Below, one piece after another: positions 60,187-64,000 of a DNA stretch of 64,000 bases. The notes beneath the pieces are model-generated. The model saw only the letters and a list, made by a program, of their open reading frames with translations. It was not told where the DNA came from and ran no database searches. Positions within the stretch are counted from its first letter, which is position 1, and each line of letters opens with the position of its first letter. This DNA is from Monocercomonoides exilis PA203 (taxonomy: Eukaryota > Protista > Preaxostyla), in NCBI GenBank assembly GCA_001643675.2, contig LSRY02000002.1, positions 1 through 64,000 on the forward strand. Reading direction: 5' to 3'. A program made the position numbers and the translations under genes.

Positions 60187-62115
60187 ATTTTGATGATTGA
60201 AAGAATTTTATTCTTATATATGTAGTTATCATAGTATATGAATATATATTGAAATTCATTTCAAATGAAGCTTTGATAACAACTTTTTTTTATGTATATC
60301 GAATGCTTATTGAATGAATGTTTATCTTTATTGTTTGTGCTGCAGTATTTTTTATTTTGAAGAAAAATTATTCACCGTTACAATATTTTATTTTGAGTCA
60401 GTCAAAAATTGTTGTTAAAGTTTATTTATTTATTTAACTTTTTCTTTTTATTAATATGCGTTTTTTATTTATGTTTTTTAATTCTACAACAAAGAATGAA
60501 TTTATTATTATATTATTTTAATTTTTTAGCAATACCGAATGTGAACTATCAAATAGAAAAAATCGAATTCTTAATTAACTTTTTTATTCATTTTCTACAA
60601 AAAAAAAAAAAAAAAAAAAAAACTATCGACAGGAATCGCTCTTTTAACCGACACGTATTGCTTTATTATTCCTTGTCGAAAAGGCTTCATCACAATCAAT
60701 AATATCACAAACATTCAAAAAACCAAAAATATAACTTTCTGCTGGTGCAATTTTGACCTATGTAAAAGAATGAAGATTTTTTTTTTTTGTTCTATTTTAT
60801 TATGGTTTTTCATATTTGTTAATAATCATGGTTTAGTTGATGTTTTATTGTTTCGTTTCATCAGATTAATTCAAAAAAAAAAAGATATTTGAGTCAACAG
60901 TTGTTTGACAAAGGATTTGTTCGAAGAAAAAAAACATTTTGACATTTGAAAAAAACTACGTATTCGTTTTGTAATATGTGAAAAATTTCAAGCGACAATC
61001 AAAGTCCTTATGATACAACAAATTTGAAACATCATATACAGCAGTTTATCTGAAAATATTACACAATAATAAAAAAATTTCCATTGAATTCATTTATAAA
61101 CTCCAATCCATCAAAATTCAAGAATTATTATAGATTAATCATTATTATTGAATGTTTTTCAAAACATTTTTGATGTTCGAAAAAAAATATGCAAAGAATA
61201 ATTTTTGCCTGATGGGTGATTCATTTGGAAATCTTAACTTTTTTTCGGAGTGTTGATTCTTCAAAGGTTTTATTTCTTTTAAGATGAATTTTTTATTTTT
61301 TATTGAAAAACGAGAAAGTTATTGAAAATAGAGATGTCAAATATCTTATTTTTAAAAAAAAGAAATATTTTTTGAAAGGAAGTGTAACTCATCAGTGTAC
61401 ATTTATCAGCATTCAAAGTGAAATTTCAAACAGAAAATTTTGATCCAGAAAATATGGATTCAAAAGCTATAACACAAACAAATGAAATTTTGAGGGTTTT
61501 TTTTTTCAAAAAAAATTCATTTGTATTTTTCTTTTAGATGGAAAAGAAATAACTGATCATAAAGATGAACTCTATAATGATTTGAAAAATTCGAAGTTTT
61601 GGAGGTTTTCCAAAAAAAATAGTCATAAATTGTTCTCGTTATCTTCATTAGTCAAAAACAAACATAAGAAATTATAAAAAGACTCTCAGCTAAATTTTTA
61701 CTTCGATATTCATTTGTGTTTGTTAATCTTTGCAATCACCAAAGTTTGAGTGAAAATATAAAATTTCAAGCTTTTTTTTTGCACAAAGGACAAAATAATT
61801 GTTTCACTCATTTCTTCACAAAACTTTCTCAGGTTTCAAAACAAAAACGATTCTCATATCCATAATCAGGCATCATTGATATCACAACTTAATGTTTTAT
61901 GTTTTCGTACGTGTTGCAATAAATGAACCCATTTTTTTCTTGTTTTTTAATCTCAAAAAGTCAATTAATAGTTGATAATTTTTCAATGAAAAAGCTTGAA
62001 GTTTCTTATTTTCCACCATTTTCTTTCAAAAAGATTAATTTGAAAAAAATAAAATCTGAAGAACCCTTTTTAGTCATTATTTCATTCGATTTTTAATAAA
62101 AATGATCACTTTTCC

Positions 62116-62150
<35 letters not shown>

Positions 62151-62397
62151 AAATTTATTTATTCATTTTATTTCACTATTGTTTTGGCCTTTTGATCAAT
62201 TATGAATTGAATGTTATCATTCTCATAAAAAGTTCATTAACTCTATCAGTAATTTAAAATTTTTTAATTTTTTAAAAACAGCTAGAAAGATTGCTAAATT
62301 AAAAATTCACATTACATACTTTTTATTAATTCCAGTTTTTCTATTTTGAAATAACGTAAATAAGTATGAGTTGAATATAACAAAAACTGATTTTAAA

Positions 62398-63999
62398 TCA
62401 GTGAAATACAAAATCGTGAGATGGCAACATATTTTTCAGTGAAAGTGGATCCTGCGCCCCACTATCATCACTTTTGGCAAGGAAAGTAGTTAAGGAGAAT
62501 GACGTGCTTGATGAAGGGGAAGCAGATGCACCAGAAGTTAAAGATGACCCAGCAGATGATGATTGCAACTGATCAGGCGTTATAACCTGATTCTTCGGTT
62601 GCTGCGGCACTTGAATCGTTGAAGTTGCAGATGTGCTAGAGGTCAATGAATTTGTTGAAGAAGAATCAGAACCAGAAGATGGGATGATCACCAAATCAGG
62701 AGTATTTGATGAACTTTGTAAAGATTGGATAGAAGAGAAGAATATGGACGGAGAAGAAGCAGGATTCATGTTGGCTGTTTCTGATGGATCAACTGGCAAT
62801 GACGAGGAAATGGGTATCATGTTCCGCTGATCTTTTTTGTGCGAATGATGGTGGTGGTGGTGTCGATGGTGATGGCGGTGGAACTCAGATTGATTTTGCT
62901 GTTTGCTACTGTTTGAATTGTGCTGAAGCAACGGCAATGCAGATGAATCTGACGATGGAACAATAAATGCAACTGGAGGAGTTGTGCAATCTCTCTGAGA
63001 CGACGACAGTTCGGTAAATTGGATGTCGTCCTGCGACTGCATTGTTGGGATGGCATCTGGCTGAGTTATTGGAGCACTTGCACAATCAGAACAATTGCAT
63101 ACAATAATCTTTTCTAATTTGTTCGAATCAGAATATTCAGAGTCTTCGCAGTTTGATGAACCAAACGATGAGCAGCTCTCAGAATCGATGCTGCCCAGCT
63201 CCTCGTCAATTCCGCTGCTCGACTCGCTTTCTTCTAGCTCAACTTCCTCTTTCCTATGACCATCTTTCGAATTGCTTGGAATGTCAGCAGAAGGAGATCC
63301 AGCATTTGATGCTTCCTTTGCATTCGGTGTTGTCTCTTCGCATTTCGAGTCGTCTGCTTCTTTTGTATCGCGCGCACCACAAAGCACAACACCCTTTTTC
63401 GATTCTCCATCCACAACAACCGTAATCGGATCTTTTGTTCGGCACCAAACAGTGAATTCTTTCTCCTCCACAACTTCTTGCTGCATCAGCCATTCCCAGT
63501 CGATATAGACAGATTGCTTTCGAGCAGATGAGGAAGAAGCAATTGCATTTTCAGAAGAAGTTGAAGAAGAAGAAGAAGATGATGATGAGCTTGTTCCTGT
63601 TTGAGCGTTCTGCTTTGTATCTGGAAGTGAAGGTGGAATGTACAGGAACGGTATCCGAAGGCCCATCACGTTGTGCATAAAGTGTGTGCCCAGCGAAGGC
63701 TCGATGTGGAAGGAAGGCAGGCCTGTCTCGATCAGCACACGCGCCCCGCAGATCTGCGGCCATTCCAGCGGCATCCCAAGAGAAGGAGACGAAGTGCCCC
63801 AGCGCCCCAGTCCAATCGCAGCAAATGGTATTTTCCGCGGGCCAGATAGAAACTTCCTGTTGAACTCAGAAATCTCAGCAGCCATTTCTTTCGTTTTCAT
63901 CTTGTCGAACGTTGTTGGACGCACAAACAGAATATCGCGGATGCCTTCCGTTCGGCCGTGCCCCAGACACACGTTCGAGCGGGCCACTGCTCTCTGCAC
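62398..63999 (-). CDS. 3' part of a bacterial-type PEP-synthase / pyruvate phosphate dikinase PEP-pyruvate-binding family protein with a long low-complexity C-terminal tail (5' end outside the window)
   Basis: 533-codon open frame reaching the window edge. Motifs GLGRWGTSSPSLGMPLEWPQI, IETGLPSFHIEPSLGTHFMHN and DPITVVVDGESKKGVV resemble the GPGRWGSSDPWLGIPV / DPSQGTHFFQN C-terminus of that bacterial family as I recall it. Confidence 0.75.
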   Translation of the reverse strand: MQRAVARSNVCLGHGRTEGIRDILFVRPTTFDKMKTKEMAAEISEFNRKFLSGPRKIPFAAIGLGRWGTSSPSLGMPLEWPQICGARVLIETGLPSFHIEPSLGTHFMHNVMGLRIPFLYIPPSLPDTKQNAQTGTSSSSSSSSSSTSSENAIASSSSARKQSVYIDWEWLMQQEVVEEKEFTVWCRTKDPITVVVDGESKKGVVLCGARDTKEADDSKCEETTPNAKEASNAGSPSADIPSNSKDGHRKEEVELEESESSSGIDEELGSIDSESCSSFGSSNCEDSEYSDSNKLEKIIVCNCSDCASAPITQPDAIPTMQSQDDIQFTELSSSQRDCTTPPVAFIVPSSDSSALPLLQHNSNSSKQQNQSEFHRHHHRHHHHHHSHKKDQRNMIPISSSLPVDPSETANMNPASSPSIFFSSIQSLQSSSNTPDLVIIPSSGSDSSSTNSLTSSTSATSTIQVPQQPKNQVITPDQLQSSSAGSSLTSGASASPSSSTSFSLTTFLAKSDDSGAQDPLSLKNMLPSHDFVFH

Positions 64000-64000
64000 A

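Noticed and set aside
60200-62390. Poly-A/poly-T runs (~60599-60622, ~62117-62146) as retroelement tails
   Set aside because: No associated element body or target-site duplication; ordinary AT-rich intergenic sequence between convergent genes.

Overview
Chromosome end of an AT-rich eukaryote, most likely an oxymonad such as Monocercomonoides. This is inferred from the ~3 kb SSU rRNA and the style of the subtelomeric gene families, not from a database search. Bases 1-2544 are a (CCCTAA)n telomere fused directly into the LSU rRNA gene. Bases 2546-50699 are a short rDNA tandem array (~16.8-18.1 kb period) transcribed toward the telomere and broken inside the LSU at both ends. It holds one telomere-truncated unit, two complete SSU-5.8S-LSU units and a ~155-nt LSU 3' remnant. 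The rRNAs are very long (SSU ~3.0 kb, LSU ~6.0 kb after splicing). Each full LSU carries a group IE intron at L1923 that closely resembles the Candida albicans Ca.LSU intron as I recall it; the two intron copies are distinct alleles with identical cores and rewritten peripheral hairpins. Each intergenic spacer contains a foldback-like module: ~300-bp inverted arms built from 37-bp palindromes with an orientation-flipped spacer, enclosing ~180-200-bp subrepeats. Each spacer also has conserved GC-rich hairpin islands. Bases 50700-64000 are unique subtelomeric DNA with two divergently oriented intron-containing paralogues, a pseudogenised surface-protein/kinase-like gene, and the 3' part of a bacterial-type PEP-synthase/PPDK-family gene. 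rRNA ends are approximate (about +/-10 nt).
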